Shown one piece after another: positions 1-10,668 of a DNA stretch of 64,000 nt (position 1 is its first letter; each line of letters opens with the position of its first letter). This stretch comes from Cyanobacteria bacterium P01_F01_bin.150 (GTDB taxonomy: Bacteria > Cyanobacteriota > Cyanobacteriia > CAKZMO01), in NCBI GenBank assembly GCA_039189765.1, contig JBCCYL010000007.1:1-64000 (forward strand). Reading direction: 5' to 3'. A model generated the notes under the pieces. The model searched no databases and was not told the DNA's origin. It saw only the letters and a program-made list of their open reading frames with translations. A program made the translations under genes and the position numbers.

Positions 1-68
1 CGCTGTCCAGCACTGCGGCGAGGATCAGGGAGATCCTTAAACGCTTCCATAATAGCGACTTGAGACAT
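1..68 (-). CDS. ISAs1-family transposase, N-terminal fragment (partial)
   Basis: Manual translation MSQVAIMEAFKDLPDPRRSAGQR matches the 'F..LPDPRR..G.RH' N-terminus of ISAs1/H-repeat transposases. Not in the ORF track. Confidence 0.8.
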   Translation of the reverse strand, partial: MSQVAIMEAFKDLPDPRRSAGQ

Positions 69-140
69 TTGAACGGTAGACTCACACGATAAAGGACCGC
101 TCTACCATATCCTGTCCTCAATTAGAATGAAATAGCCCTG
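1..140 (-). mobile_element. Left end of an ISAs1-family insertion sequence (continues beyond window start)
   Basis: The minus strand begins CAGGGCTATTTCATTCTAATT at 140, an ISAs1-like CAGGG terminus, and is followed by the transposase start at 68. The element abuts and truncates the gene at 141. Confidence 0.75.
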
Positions 141-698
141 CTATTTGATTAGTGGCCAAGGATACCCTGCAATTTTGTACGATCCATTAGACAATGCAAT
201 CGACAAAATAAAGGAAGTAAATAAATATGATTATTTAGTCATTTGCATCGATGCAGATGAGGAAAATATACTGGAGAGACAAGGCTATGTGCAACAAGTG
301 ATAGCAGATAGATGTGTAGATTTAGGCAGCACTAAGCTAAAGGTAATTGTTCAAAATCGTTGTATAGAAACTTGGTTGCTGGGAAATAGAAAAATTTTTA
401 ACTCGAAGCAACCATTAGAATACCCGCTGTCGGAGTATTTGAATATTATGATGTTTCGGAAGAAAATCCTGAAAGCATGGGAAGCAATAGCTTTAGGAAT
501 CATGCAGATTTTCATCATGAGTACCTGAGAGAAATTTTCCGAGCTAAAAATATTTCTTACTCTAAAAAATCTCCGAGAGCGGCAAAAGAAGAATACTATT
601 TTAATGAATTGAGAAGACAAGTTCAGGATTGTCCAAATCATCTAGCTACTTTTCAGGATTTCTTGGCATTCTGTGACTTGATTAGGAGTCAAATGTAG
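141..698 (+). pseudogene. Disrupted AT-rich hypothetical gene (RloB/DUF4276-like TOPRIM-type motifs), 5' end cut by the IS and frameshifted near 438-441
   Basis: ORFs 145..528 and 477..698 join into one reading (..PLSEY|EYYDVSEENPESMGSNSFRNHADFH..) if one base is restored at TATTTGAA. The motifs 'ICIDAD' and 'NRCIETWLLG' are present. There is no native start because the IS end is at 140. Confidence 0.7.
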
Positions 699-831
699 TT
701 TCAGATATTCAAATCTTATTTAAACTGAGTCTATAAAGCCCATTTTTTCGGTATGGGTTTGAGGATACAGACAAGCAATCAAAATTTGCCGCATCTATTT
801 AAATCAAATGCGGCATGTGTTGGGTGAAAGC

Positions 832-1473
832 TCAATAGCAAGCTAGAGTCTCACGAGTTTCTCGGCCAGTCACAGGGTTAACGCCATCGGCCACTTCACA
901 CAGCAGTTCATACATTTCGTTGTCAAGAAGCACATCTGTAAAATCGGCTCCTTCCACATTGGTTCCTTCAAAATTGGTGCGGAAGGCAAACGCTCCCTCT
1001 AAAACGGCATTTTTGAGATTGGCACTTTGTAGTTGGGCACTATCCAGAGTGGCATATCGCAAATCAGCCCCTTCCAAATTGGCCCGCTTCATATTTGCTC
1101 CAAACATGCTAATGCCTGTCAAATTAGCGTTACTAAGATCGGCATCCCGCAAATTAGCTTGAACAAAGCTGCTGTCGCTTAAATCTTGGTTTGAAAAATC
1201 TTCTCCCATCAGATTCACTTTGTCATATTGATAAGAAGCAAATGCCGGAGATATAGAGCCAACAGTCAGAAAAACCGTTAGTAGCCCAGTTAAGCAAATG
1301 CTCAGAGCAATATCACGCCCCCAAAGACCAGCTAATTTAGAAGAACGATGAGTACGGGAAATGGCTGCACCACTACCAACTTTGTTTCGAGCTAAAGAGT
1401 AGTCTCGACCCAGATTACTAAGTAGGCGGGATAGCAGTGATTGAGTGAATAGAGCAAAGAGTGATTGAAGCAT
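832..1473 (-). CDS. Pentapeptide repeat protein with N-terminal signal/TM segment
   Basis: A(D/N)LxxA repeats and the C-terminal 'NPVTGRETRETLAC' typical of cyanobacterial lumenal pentapeptide proteins. Start moved to ATG 1473 because the ORF extension to 1599 runs through a repeat element. Confidence 0.88.
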   Translation of the reverse strand: MLQSLFALFTQSLLSRLLSNLGRDYSLARNKVGSGAAISRTHRSSKLAGLWGRDIALSICLTGLLTVFLTVGSISPAFASYQYDKVNLMGEDFSNQDLSDSSFVQANLRDADLSNANLTGISMFGANMKRANLEGADLRYATLDSAQLQSANLKNAVLEGAFAFRTNFEGTNVEGADFTDVLLDNEMYELLCEVADGVNPVTGRETRETLACY

Positions 1474-1542
1474 GGTCAGCGATCGCAAACAGTTGAAGGT
1501 CATAAATACTTGATGAACTAGCTCTATCCTACCGAGGAATGG

Positions 1543-1618
1543 GAGGGTTCGTTTTAAGCCGAAACAGAATTGACGGTTGTGTGAGGGCATCGTGCCCACA
1601 TGACCCGCCTAAAGTAGA
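1543..1618 (-). repeat. Copy of the ~84-bp hairpin repeat family (reverse orientation)
   Basis: Reverse complement of the 15516-15599 element: GGGTTCGTTTTAAG...GGTTGTGTG-GGGC-ATC-GTGCC-CACATGACC-CGCCTAAAGT. Confidence 0.8.
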
Positions 1619-1756
1619 GAATGAGATTTAAAGCAAAGGCTAGCCGTTACGTTATGCTGGAAACACAACCACAAGAACAAATGTTACGAACTTAGAAGTA
1701 ATTGTACCTGACCGACTGGTTGATGATATTGGTTAGGCTTAGTGTAGTGATGTGAT

Positions 1757-4534
1757 ATGGCCAACGTAGATACCGTTCCGAGTTTAGAAGGCACCCAAGT
1801 AGCGGAAGCCCAAGGGTTGAACTTGCAAAAGCTTTTTCCATTTGAATTGGATGATTTTCAGAAACAAGCGATCGCTGCTCTAGATAATGATCGCTCGGTG
1901 GTGGTCTGTGCCCCCACCGGTTCAGGGAAAACGCTAATTGGGGAATATGCGATTTATCGTGCCTTGGCCCACGGCAAGCGCGTATTCTACACCACGCCAT
2001 TAAAAGCTCTATCCAATCAAAAACTCAGGGACTTTCGCGAAAAATTTGGCCACGATAAAGTTGGGCTGTTAACCGGCGATACCTCAGTCAATCGGGAATC
2101 GCCAATCTTGGTGATGACCACGGAAATCTTCCGTAATATGCTCTACGGGACGTCGATCGGTGAAGTGGGCACGTCGGTTCAGGATGTGGAATCAGTGATT
2201 CTGGACGAGTGCCACTATATGAACGATCGGCAGCGAGGTACTGTATGGGAAGAGGCCATTATTTATGCGCCGGGAACGATTCAGCTAGTGGCCCTATCCG
2301 CCACGGTGCGGAACAGCGATCAGTTAACGGACTGGATTGAACAGGTTCATGGTCCGACCTCCCTGATTTACTCGGACTATCGCCCCGTTCCCCTGCGATT
2401 TCACTTTTGCAATCCCAAAGGATTTTTCCGACTGCTAAATGAAAAAGAGTCAGCGATTAATCCCCGCCTCAAGTCAAGGGGTAGACAGCATCGGGGTAAG
2501 CAAAAAGTCCCATCGATCTCTTTAGTGGTCAGCCATCTCAACAAGCGGGATTTACTTCCGGCTATTTACTTTATTTTTAGCCGTAAAGGTTGTGATCGAG
2601 CAGTCAATGAAATAGGGCCGCTGTCTCTGGTTACCCCTGAGGAAGCGATCGCCCTTAAAACCCAAATTGATGCATTTCTCGAAAGAACCCCTGAAGGGGC
2701 ACGAGATGGTCAGGTTGAACCCCTATATCGAGGCATCGCTGCTCACCATGCGGGAATCTTACCGGCCTGGAAAAGCCTAGTGGAAGAGCTGTTTCAGCAG
2801 GGCCTTATCAAAGTAGTCTTTGCCACGGAAACCCTAGCCGCAGGCATCAATATGCCTGCCCGTACCACCGTTATCAGCAGTCTTTCCAAACGAACCGATC
2901 GAGGCCATCGACTGCTGACGGGCTCGGAATTTTTGCAGATGGCTGGACGGGCCGGACGTCGAGGCATGGATGAACAGGGCCATGTCACCACAGTCCAGAC
3001 GCGCTTTGAAGGAGCGTCCGATGCGGCCTATCTGGCCACTTCGGGAGCCGATCCGCTGATCAGTCAATTTGCGCCCAGCTACGGCATGGTATTGAATCTA
3101 CTGCAAACCCATTCCCTGGAAGAGGCCCAAACGCTAATTGAGCGAAGCTTTGGTCAGTATTTGGCCACCCTGCATCTGGCACCCCAGTACCAGGCGATCG
3201 CCGACCTAGAAGCCGAAGCTGAACATCAACAGATGCAGCTTGTTCATGTTGAAGATTTTGAGGTGCTGGCGGATTACGAAAAGCAATCGGGACGGCTTAA
3301 GGAAGAACGTCGACTGCTAAAAATGTTCCAGCGTCAGGCCCAAGAGGTAAAGGTTAACGATGTGGCCATGGCGATCAACTTTGCCATCAGCGGCACCATC
3401 ATTACCCTACAGGGACGGCATATTGATTACCCCAAACCCCTGCCAGCTATTTTGGTCACCAAAGCCTCTAGTTCTGGTCAATCCCCCTATCTGGTAACCC
3501 TGGGACAAGACAACTGCTGGTATGTGGTCTCAAATAAAGAGGTCGTCGATTTATACCCCGAAATCCCCCGTATTGCTGAGGTGGATAATTGGGAGTTGCC
3601 CACCGCGCTAACGATTCGCATGGGTCAACGGCTAGATGGGGATGAGACAACTGCGGCGATCGCCCACCGTATCCCCCCCATCCCTGAAAGCTCCCCCCTC
3701 GCTCCAGAAGTAGAAGAGCAGCTCCAGCGTACCAGAGAGGTGGAGGAACTCCTAGCGAATCATCCCGCCCAGGCATGGGGAAACCCAGGGCAGATGCTGA
3801 AGCGGATCCGCCGCATCCAAAAGATTGAATCGCAAATTAGCGATCGCCGCTCCAAGCTTAAACAGCGAACTAAGCACTACTGGCGACAGTTTCTGGATTT
3901 GATGTCAGTGCTACGCTATTTTGACTGTCTGGACAATGTAACCCCCACGCCTCTGGGGCAGATGGCGGCTGCCGTACGAGGGGATAATGAGCTGTGGCTG
4001 GGATTGGCGATCGCCTCTGGGGCACTGGACCACCTGGACCCCCACCATATTGCAGCGGTGTCTGCGGGCCTGGTCACTGAGGTCTCCCGGCCTGACCTGT
4101 GGGTGGACTATGAACCGTCCGAAGAGATTGCCGTTGCCATGAAGGAGCTGCGGGGGCTACGTCGGCAAATCTTCCAACAGCAGCGTCGCTACCGCATTGA
4201 CGCCCCCGTATGGCTTGAGTATGAGTTTACGGGGTTGATTGAACAGTGGGCGTTGGGAACGGAGTGGTCGGAGCTGTGCAAGAATACCAGCCTGGATGAG
4301 GGCGATATTGTTCGGATTCTTCGGCGTACCCTAGATTTCCTCTGCCAGATTCCCCATGTCCCCCATCTTCCCAGTGAATTTCGCCAAAATGCCCGTCGTG
4401 CGGCCTATTTAATCGATCGCTTCCCCGTTAACGAGGTTAAATCTGGTTCAACAGAGGCCACAGAGCCGGAGGATGCAGATAGTGAACCTACTGATGGTGA
4501 AATTGCCAATACAGAAACAGATCTGATTAACTAA
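1757..4534 (+). CDS. Ski2/HelY-like DEAD/DEAH-box RNA helicase with DSHCT C-terminal domain
   Basis: APTGSGKT, DECH, SAT and QMAGRAGRRG motifs; C-terminal 'DEGDIVRILRR'. Confidence 0.93.
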   Translation: MANVDTVPSLEGTQVAEAQGLNLQKLFPFELDDFQKQAIAALDNDRSVVVCAPTGSGKTLIGEYAIYRALAHGKRVFYTTPLKALSNQKLRDFREKFGHDKVGLLTGDTSVNRESPILVMTTEIFRNMLYGTSIGEVGTSVQDVESVILDECHYMNDRQRGTVWEEAIIYAPGTIQLVALSATVRNSDQLTDWIEQVHGPTSLIYSDYRPVPLRFHFCNPKGFFRLLNEKESAINPRLKSRGRQHRGKQKVPSISLVVSHLNKRDLLPAIYFIFSRKGCDRAVNEIGPLSLVTPEEAIALKTQIDAFLERTPEGARDGQVEPLYRGIAAHHAGILPAWKSLVEELFQQGLIKVVFATETLAAGINMPARTTVISSLSKRTDRGHRLLTGSEFLQMAGRAGRRGMDEQGHVTTVQTRFEGASDAAYLATSGADPLISQFAPSYGMVLNLLQTHSLEEAQTLIERSFGQYLATLHLAPQYQAIADLEAEAEHQQMQLVHVEDFEVLADYEKQSGRLKEERRLLKMFQRQAQEVKVNDVAMAINFAISGTIITLQGRHIDYPKPLPAILVTKASSSGQSPYLVTLGQDNCWYVVSNKEVVDLYPEIPRIAEVDNWELPTALTIRMGQRLDGDETTAAIAHRIPPIPESSPLAPEVEEQLQRTREVEELLANHPAQAWGNPGQMLKRIRRIQKIESQISDRRSKLKQRTKHYWRQFLDLMSVLRYFDCLDNVTPTPLGQMAAAVRGDNELWLGLAIASGALDHLDPHHIAAVSAGLVTEVSRPDLWVDYEPSEEIAVAMKELRGLRRQIFQQQRRYRIDAPVWLEYEFTGLIEQWALGTEWSELCKNTSLDEGDIVRILRRTLDFLCQIPHVPHLPSEFRQNARRAAYLIDRFPVNEVKSGSTEATEPEDADSEPTDGEIANTETDLIN

Positions 4535-4579
4535 ATAAGGACCTTTAGGGAACTGCCAGAATATCACATACCAACCTTG

Positions 4580-4614
4580 CGTAGGGGGCGTGTAAGCGAC
4601 AGCCGTAACGCACC
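4580..4614 (+). repeat. REP-like palindromic element (GTAG-type)
   Basis: GTAGGGGGCGTGTAAGCGACAGCCGTAACGCACC has a GTAG foot plus an imperfect palindrome and lies just downstream of the helicase. Confidence 0.5.
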
Positions 4615-4912
4615 GATAATTTGTTTTCGAGCAGATAAAATGTCACCCCACCACCTTTGCTACCTCCTCAACGAACAGTGATGATCCAACCCCCAGGAAC
4701 TTTTGTTCGCCATGCATCGAGTCCTCCTGTTGGCTGGTTCTTACAAATCAGCTTTTCCCGATAAAATGCTGTCATGGCTAAAGTGAGATGATCCTTGTCG
4801 CTAATTTTGCTAGCCAATTCTAACTGTAACCGAGCGATCGCTGAGTATTAGTGTCTCGACATTTTGCCACCACTTGAAATTGGCCTAAGTATAGAAATAA
4901 TATATTAATCCT

Positions 4913-4948
4913 AAAAAGCAGCGAGGCAAATAACTTTTACCTCACTGC
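4913..4948 (-). terminator. Intrinsic terminator of the fbp-tal-zwf-opcA operon
   Basis: Minus strand GCAGTGAGGTAAA-AGTTA-TTTGCCTCGCTGC-TTTTT: a 13-bp stem with G-U pairs plus a U-tract, about 22 nt after the opcA stop. Confidence 0.8.
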
Positions 4949-4970
4949 CCATTAAAACAATGCCAGAACA

Positions 4971-6287
4971 TTAGCGTAGCTTAAGGATCTTTGCTGTCAC
5001 GTCTAGGCTTTCTTCATAGAGCGCATCGCGGCCCCAGCGCTGAAGCTGGCTCGCCATAAGTTCCTCCGCCCGCTGATCAGACAATGCGCTGACCTGCTCT
5101 GTGCGACAGGCCTGGGCGCTACCACCGGCCTCCATCCGCATACATCCTGTGGTTTCAGAGCAAAGGATCGAGCAGAATTTATCGGATGATAGTCGTAGTC
5201 CAACTAAATCGCCTAGGATTTCGCCCCAGTCTGCTGTGGGAATTGCCGCCAACTCAGCATCCACCGTACGACCATCGGCTGTCTTAAAAATGATTTGACG
5301 AAGTTCATAGATTCCCCCCGTCGAATTGTATTCCGTGGGTTCCCAATCCAGCCGACTAGCAACCCAGCCCAAGAACATCAGTGCCTGAGCCGCATTTCCC
5401 TTCTCATAATCGATGGAAATATGGTCAATACTGGTTAGCTCCTCGCGGCGCTCAGGGGGATCAAAATCAGCGGCGGTTAGCTCTTGCCAAGGAGATACCC
5501 GGTGCCAGTTGAGATCGGCGACAGAAGGCCCAGTGCCCTTTAAATCATGAAGCTTTAGCAGCTCAGCCTCAGCATCGCTAAAGTAGCTGGAATCTACGAT
5601 AATGCAATTGCACTGGCAGGATAACTTCCTAAAGATTTCCTGTTCTGGATTAGGGGTTGCTTTCCACCAGACAAACTTGGGCAAATCAGGTGCCATCAAC
5701 GAAATCACCAGGTCACCCACCCGATCAAGCGCCTGCTTGGTCCCCCGCAAGGTAATGTATTCGCAACACAGCAGGTTGCCTCCAGCACTCTTTTGGACTG
5801 GACAGTAGGCTGAAACCTGGGCCGTAACCCCTGTATCTTCTCCCAGCGTGGGGCAAAGGGTAACAATTCGACGGGGACTCTGTTCTGCCACCGCATCACT
5901 GATACTAAAGCCCCGACCGTCCTTATTGTTTACCAGCTTGCTGACATCGGGAGGCTGTTGGGACACTTCATGGCGTAATCGAGTCAGGGTTTCAGGGTCA
6001 ATCCGACCCGTAACCCGCAGCCCATATTTAGCCTGGGCAACCTGTACTGCACTGCGGGTCCGAGGTCCATGAATCCCATCAATGGGACCATCATAAAATC
6101 CCAATGTGGCTAAAAGTTGCTGAAATTCTTCCGGCTCATAGACCACCATGCAAAAGGTGTCAGCCTGCATAACGGATGACGTAACATTGCCCCCTTTATA
6201 CTGGGACCAAATTTTCTGTAGTTCCGCTTCAATCTCATCCAGCGAAACGTCTTTGGGTTTTTGCAGCGTGACCAATGGTGTTGTCAT
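4971..6287 (-). CDS. opcA: Glucose-6-phosphate dehydrogenase assembly/activator protein OpcA
   Basis: Immediately downstream of zwf. N-terminus 'LQKPKDVSLDEIEAEL', 'AYCPVQK', 'CCEYITL', 'ADLNW', plus an inserted peptidoglycan-binding-like segment. Confidence 0.95.
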   Translation of the reverse strand: MTTPLVTLQKPKDVSLDEIEAELQKIWSQYKGGNVTSSVMQADTFCMVVYEPEEFQQLLATLGFYDGPIDGIHGPRTRSAVQVAQAKYGLRVTGRIDPETLTRLRHEVSQQPPDVSKLVNNKDGRGFSISDAVAEQSPRRIVTLCPTLGEDTGVTAQVSAYCPVQKSAGGNLLCCEYITLRGTKQALDRVGDLVISLMAPDLPKFVWWKATPNPEQEIFRKLSCQCNCIIVDSSYFSDAEAELLKLHDLKGTGPSVADLNWHRVSPWQELTAADFDPPERREELTSIDHISIDYEKGNAAQALMFLGWVASRLDWEPTEYNSTGGIYELRQIIFKTADGRTVDAELAAIPTADWGEILGDLVGLRLSSDKFCSILCSETTGCMRMEAGGSAQACRTEQVSALSDQRAEELMASQLQRWGRDALYEESLDVTAKILKLR

Positions 6288-6344
6288 GTTCTGTCTATTC
6301 CTTGATGGCAGTTCTTGATGATTGATTGTCGATAAGCGCAGATA

Positions 6345-7880
6345 TTAAGACGAAAGGCGACGCCAGCGTCGATTATCACGGTTTAGCAATAATTCTGCTT
6401 CCACAGGCCCCCAACTTCCAGCTTCGTAGAGGGGAATTGCCTCAGGAGCCGCCGGAGCGTCCCAAACCTGAAGAATAGGGGTGAGGATACGCCAGGATTC
6501 TTCTACTTCATCCCCACGGGTAAAGCGAGTTTGATCACCTAACATGGAGTCTACCAAGAGACGACTGTAAGCTTCTGTACTGGGCTGACCGAATGCCGAA
6601 TCGTAACGAAAATCCATATCTACTTTGCGGGTGCGTAGCGAACTCCCTGGGGTCTTAACATCGAAGCGCAGGGAAATGCCTTCATTGGGCTGGATTCGCA
6701 TGGCCAAGATATTCTGATTCGTCTGCTTAGTCGCGGACTGGAACATCATGTAGGGCACATCTTTGAAATGAATCGAAATTTCCGTGACCTTTTTAGGCAT
6801 CCGCTTGCCCGTGCGTAAATAAAACGGCACACCTTTCCAACGCCAGTTATCAACAGAAAGCTTTAAGGCCGCATAGGTGGGCGTTACCGTTCCGGGTGCA
6901 GCGCCTTCTTCTGCCCGATAGCTGGGCACCTGTTCGCCCTTCATCCAGCCTTCTTTATATTGACCCCGGATTGCGGATTTACTTAAATCTTCTAAATCCG
7001 CCAGGTGAGTCGCCTGCAAGACTTTTACCTTTTCGTCCCGAATCGCATCCGCATCCAGGGAATTTGGAGGTTCCATTGCCACCAGACAGAATAGCTGCAT
7101 CAGGTGATTTTGCACCATATCCCGCAGGGCACCAGCGGTCTCATAATAGCCCGCTCGATTTTCCAAACCGACGGTTTCGGCCACGGTAATTTGGACGTGG
7201 TCTACGAACTGGCGATTCCAAAGCGGTTCAAAAATGGCATTGGCAAATCGGAAGACCAAGAGGTTCTGAACCGTTTCTTTTCCGAGGTAATGATCAATGC
7301 GATAGACCTGCTGTTCTGGACAGACCTGACGGACAACCCGGTTTAAAACTTGGGCCGATGTTAGATCCTTGCCAAACGGTTTCTCAATCACCAATCGTTG
7401 CTTACTGGGGATCGTAAGCATTCCTGCTGCACCCAACTGCTGAGTGGCTTCTGCAAAAAATCGAGGAGCAACGGACAGATAAAAAACGCGATTGCCCAGG
7501 GTACCTCGCTGTTCATCCAGCTCACTTAGAAATGCTTTGAGCTTCTGATAGCTTTCTGGATGATCAATATTGCCAGAGCAATAGAAGAGTCCCTTGGCAA
7601 ATTCGTCCCACAGCGCTTTATCTCCGACTCCGCCGCCAAATTCCTCCACGCCTTCCAGCATATGCTGGCGGAAAAAGTCATGGCTCCAGTCACGACGGGC
7701 CACACCGACGATGGTAATTTCGCGGGGAAGCCGTCGCTCCTGGTACATCTTATAAAGGGATGGAACAAGCTTTCGCTGGGTGAGATCGCCGGATGCCCCA
7801 AAAATTATCAGAATCTGAGGGGCAGGGATGCGATCTTGCTGGAGTCCAACGCGGAGGGGATTTTCAAGCAGATTGACCAT
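6345..7880 (-). CDS. zwf: Glucose-6-phosphate 1-dehydrogenase
   Basis: GASGDL, EKPFG and [13 protein letters not shown] motifs. Confidence 0.98.
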   Translation of the reverse strand: MVNLLENPLRVGLQQDRIPAPQILIIFGASGDLTQRKLVPSLYKMYQERRLPREITIVGVARRDWSHDFFRQHMLEGVEEFGGGVGDKALWDEFAKGLFYCSGNIDHPESYQKLKAFLSELDEQRGTLGNRVFYLSVAPRFFAEATQQLGAAGMLTIPSKQRLVIEKPFGKDLTSAQVLNRVVRQVCPEQQVYRIDHYLGKETVQNLLVFRFANAIFEPLWNRQFVDHVQITVAETVGLENRAGYYETAGALRDMVQNHLMQLFCLVAMEPPNSLDADAIRDEKVKVLQATHLADLEDLSKSAIRGQYKEGWMKGEQVPSYRAEEGAAPGTVTPTYAALKLSVDNWRWKGVPFYLRTGKRMPKKVTEISIHFKDVPYMMFQSATKQTNQNILAMRIQPNEGISLRFDVKTPGSSLRTRKVDMDFRYDSAFGQPSTEAYSRLLVDSMLGDQTRFTRGDEVEESWRILTPILQVWDAPAAPEAIPLYEAGSWGPVEAELLLNRDNRRWRRLSS

Positions 7881-7896
7881 AGTTTTTTCTTAAAGA

Positions 7897-7945
7897 GTTG
7901 AGTTGGGGAGTTGGGGAATTGGGGGATTTTGGATTTTGGATTTTC
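7897..7945 (+). repeat. Short tandem G/T-rich repeats (STRR-like)
   Basis: GTTGGGGA x2, ATTGGGGG, GATTTTG x2 between tal and zwf. Confidence 0.55.
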
Positions 7946-8052
7946 CTGGTGCCCAGACTCTGGCTGGGTACCCTTTCAGGAGACTCTGGCTGCGCTGCAT
8001 TGTCTGAGCCAGAGTCTCAGGTGGGCGTTCCCAGCGGGACACTGGGAACGAG
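7946..8052. repeat. Nested inverted-repeat (REP/MITE-like) element
   Basis: CCCAGACTCTGGCTGGG...GAGACTCTGGCT..AGCCAGAGTCTC...TTCCCAGCGGGACACTGGGAACGAG: three hairpins resembling a common cyanobacterial intergenic repeat. Confidence 0.7.
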
Positions 8053-8076
8053 GTCAGAGTCAGTCGAACTCTATGA

Positions 8077-9216
8077 TTAGGCCGGAGTGAGTTTCTGTAC
8101 CTTGAGGACTAGGGAGTTCATTAAGGATTCAAAGGGCTTGATAAATTTGTCAATGCCTTCGGCAAGCAGCTCATCCATAACTTGGTCTAGATCGATGCCA
8201 TGGGTCGCTAAGCTATCAATAATCTGATGAGCTTCGTCGATGTTAAGTTCGATGCGATCGCCCCCCACATCACAATGGTCCGCACAGGCTTCAATCGTAT
8301 TAGGAGGCAATGTATTAACGGTGTCCTTGCCAATTAGCTCATCCACGTACATTACGTCGCTGTAGTTGGGATCTTTAGTCCCAGTGCTAGCCCAGAGCAG
8401 ACGCTGAACGTTTGCGCCTTTCGATTCTAGAGCTTTCCAGCGATCGCTTTGGATCATTTCCTTATAGTTCTCGTAGGCGATCTTAGCGTTGGCGATTGCC
8501 ACTTTCCCCCGCAGGCGACGAAGCTCATCCTTGGTGGTATTATCGCTGGCAGCATCGATTAGAGCGTCAATTTGCTTGTCTACTTTTACATCAATCCGGC
8601 TCAGGAAGAAGCTAGCCACTGAAGCAAGCTTGCTGATATCTTCGCCAGCCTCCACCCGCTTCTCTAGCCCGCGTACATAGGCCCAGAAGGTGTCTACATA
8701 ACTTTGAACGGAGAATAGAAGAGTGACGTTTACGTTAATTCCTGCCGCAATGGTCGCTTCCACCGCTGGTAGCCCCTCGGGAGTCCCAGGGATCTTGATC
8801 ATGACGTTTTCTCGACCAATGGCTTCGTAGTAGCGCTTGGCTTCTCGAATCGTCGCTTCCGTGTCGCGGGCAATATTGGGCGGCACTTCGATACTGACGT
8901 AACCGTCCAACCCTTTGGAGGCGATGTATACAGAACGAAATGCATCACAGGCGTTACGAATATCATCAAAAGTCAGGGATTCGTAAATTTCCTCAACGGG
9001 TTTTCCGTCACGGATGCCAGCTTCAATATCCGCGTCGTAGATGACATTACCGGCGATCGCCTTTTCAAAAATAGCTGGATTAGAAGTGATCCCCCGAATG
9101 GCCCGGCTTTCAATTAAGCCTTCCAACTCATTGGACGTGATCAGGTCTCGGCTAAGGTTATCCATCCAAATGCTCTGACCATACTTTTCAATTTCGAGAA
9201 TATGATTATCAGTCAT
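8077..9216 (-). CDS. tal: Transaldolase
   Basis: GITSNPAIF, YVSIEV, MIKIPGT (Schiff-base Lys), NVTLLFS and WASTGTK motifs; in the OPP operon. Confidence 0.97.
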   Translation of the reverse strand: MTDNHILEIEKYGQSIWMDNLSRDLITSNELEGLIESRAIRGITSNPAIFEKAIAGNVIYDADIEAGIRDGKPVEEIYESLTFDDIRNACDAFRSVYIASKGLDGYVSIEVPPNIARDTEATIREAKRYYEAIGRENVMIKIPGTPEGLPAVEATIAAGINVNVTLLFSVQSYVDTFWAYVRGLEKRVEAGEDISKLASVASFFLSRIDVKVDKQIDALIDAASDNTTKDELRRLRGKVAIANAKIAYENYKEMIQSDRWKALESKGANVQRLLWASTGTKDPNYSDVMYVDELIGKDTVNTLPPNTIEACADHCDVGGDRIELNIDEAHQIIDSLATHGIDLDQVMDELLAEGIDKFIKPFESLMNSLVLKVQKLTPA

Positions 9217-9555
9217 GATTCAGTTAGCTCCTATTGATTGTTGTTGCGACATAAAGGCAAGGCCTTCAGAGAGAAAATAGGGTAGGCACTACCCACCAAC
9301 AGAGAATGAATGCTGAATGCCAATGCAATGATGCTTGTTCCAAGAATTCGACTTTTGGAAAAACAACTCACTCCATAACCTCTTGATTTGATGCAGAGAA
9401 GGATAAGAGGCCAATAGATAAAACTTATCTTCGAAATTTTCCTGCCGCATCTCCCAAAAGGGTGAGTTACTAGCGACAAATTGGTTACAGAAAAACAAGC
9501 CGCCAAGTTGGTCAGTTTTCCTAAGAATTCGCTAAAGTGTCGCTAAAGTAATTTT

Positions 9556-10668
9556 TTAATGAGAGGCCATGGCAATTGCGTCCTGATCCAAGCGTTCTCG
9601 TTCCTGGATAAAGGATTCTACAAGTTCCACATTTTCCTTGCTGCCAATCACAAAAGGAACGCGCTGATGAAGCCTGTTAGGAACCACACTCATAATAGGC
9701 TGGACTCCAGTGCTGCCCATACCACCCGCTTGCTCGGCCAAAAAGGCAAGAGGTGCAGCTTCATATAGCAGTCTGAGCTTACCTTCTGGCTTTTTGACAG
9801 TACCGGGATAAAGGAAGACACCTCCTTGAAATAGGATGCGATGAAAATCACCTACAAGTGCCCCACTGTAACGAGCCGAATAGCCGTCATGGCGATGCAT
9901 ATAGCGGATATAGTCGCGGATAGATTCATCCCACTGCCAGAAGTTACCTTCATTGACACTATAAACCGGGCCATGCTGAGGAATTTGAATGTTTTCGGAA
10001 GATAAAATAAATTCTCCAAGACTCGGGTCCAAGGTAAACGCATGAACGCCTTTACCAATAGAATAGACCAACATGGTACTGGGACCATAGAGAATATAGC
10101 CCGCAGCAATTTGGCGACTACCATCTTGTAGCAAGTCCGAGGCAGAACCGTCTAAGTCTTCTCCTTCTTGACGCCGAATGGCAAAAATCGATCCCACATT
10201 TAGATTGATATCCACATTAGAAGATCCATCAATGGGATCGTAAACCAAGGTATAGCGTCCAAGGGGGCAATTTTCGGGAATATAGTATGGCTTTTCCATC
10301 TCTTCTGAGGCCAGACGACAGACTAAGCCACTTTGTTTGAAGACTGAGATAAACACCTGATTAGCAAACAGATCCATGCGTTTGACGGCTTCTCCCTGCA
10401 CATTAGTCCGTCCAGTGAACCCTAGTGCATCTTCCATCAATCCTGCACTGGTTAATCGCTTGGCGACCATCTTACCAGCTAGGGCAATGCGGCCCATTAA
10501 TGCGCTTAGGTCCTGAGCTTCAGGAGAAAAACTCTGGAGCTGTTGTAGAACGTGACGAGAGAGCGTAACCGTATCTCGGTCCATTGCGTGATCGTAATCC
10601 AAATCTGGCGATCGCCCATCGGACACATCATGCTGAGCCATAGGCTCAGCGGTCATATTTTCAGCCAT
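9556..10668 (-). CDS. fbp: Fructose-1,6-bisphosphatase class 1
   Basis: [17 protein letters not shown] and [11 protein letters not shown] motifs. Confidence 0.97.
   Translation of the reverse strand: MAENMTAEPMAQHDVSDGRSPDLDYDHAMDRDTVTLSRHVLQQLQSFSPEAQDLSALMGRIALAGKMVAKRLTSAGLMEDALGFTGRTNVQGEAVKRMDLFANQVFISVFKQSGLVCRLASEEMEKPYYIPENCPLGRYTLVYDPIDGSSNVDINLNVGSIFAIRRQEGEDLDGSASDLLQDGSRQIAAGYILYGPSTMLVYSIGKGVHAFTLDPSLGEFILSSENIQIPQHGPVYSVNEGNFWQWDESIRDYIRYMHRHDGYSARYSGALVGDFHRILFQGGVFLYPGTVKKPEGKLRLLYEAAPLAFLAEQAGGMGSTGVQPIMSVVPNRLHQRVPFVIGSKENVELVESFIQERERLDQDAIAMASH

Noticed and set aside
1474..1599. N-terminal extension of the pentapeptide ORF
   Set aside because: It runs through a copy of the 84-bp intergenic repeat; a downstream start is more plausible.
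7898..8080. 60-aa plus-strand ORF between zwf and tal
   Set aside because: Composed entirely of tandem and inverted repeat sequence.
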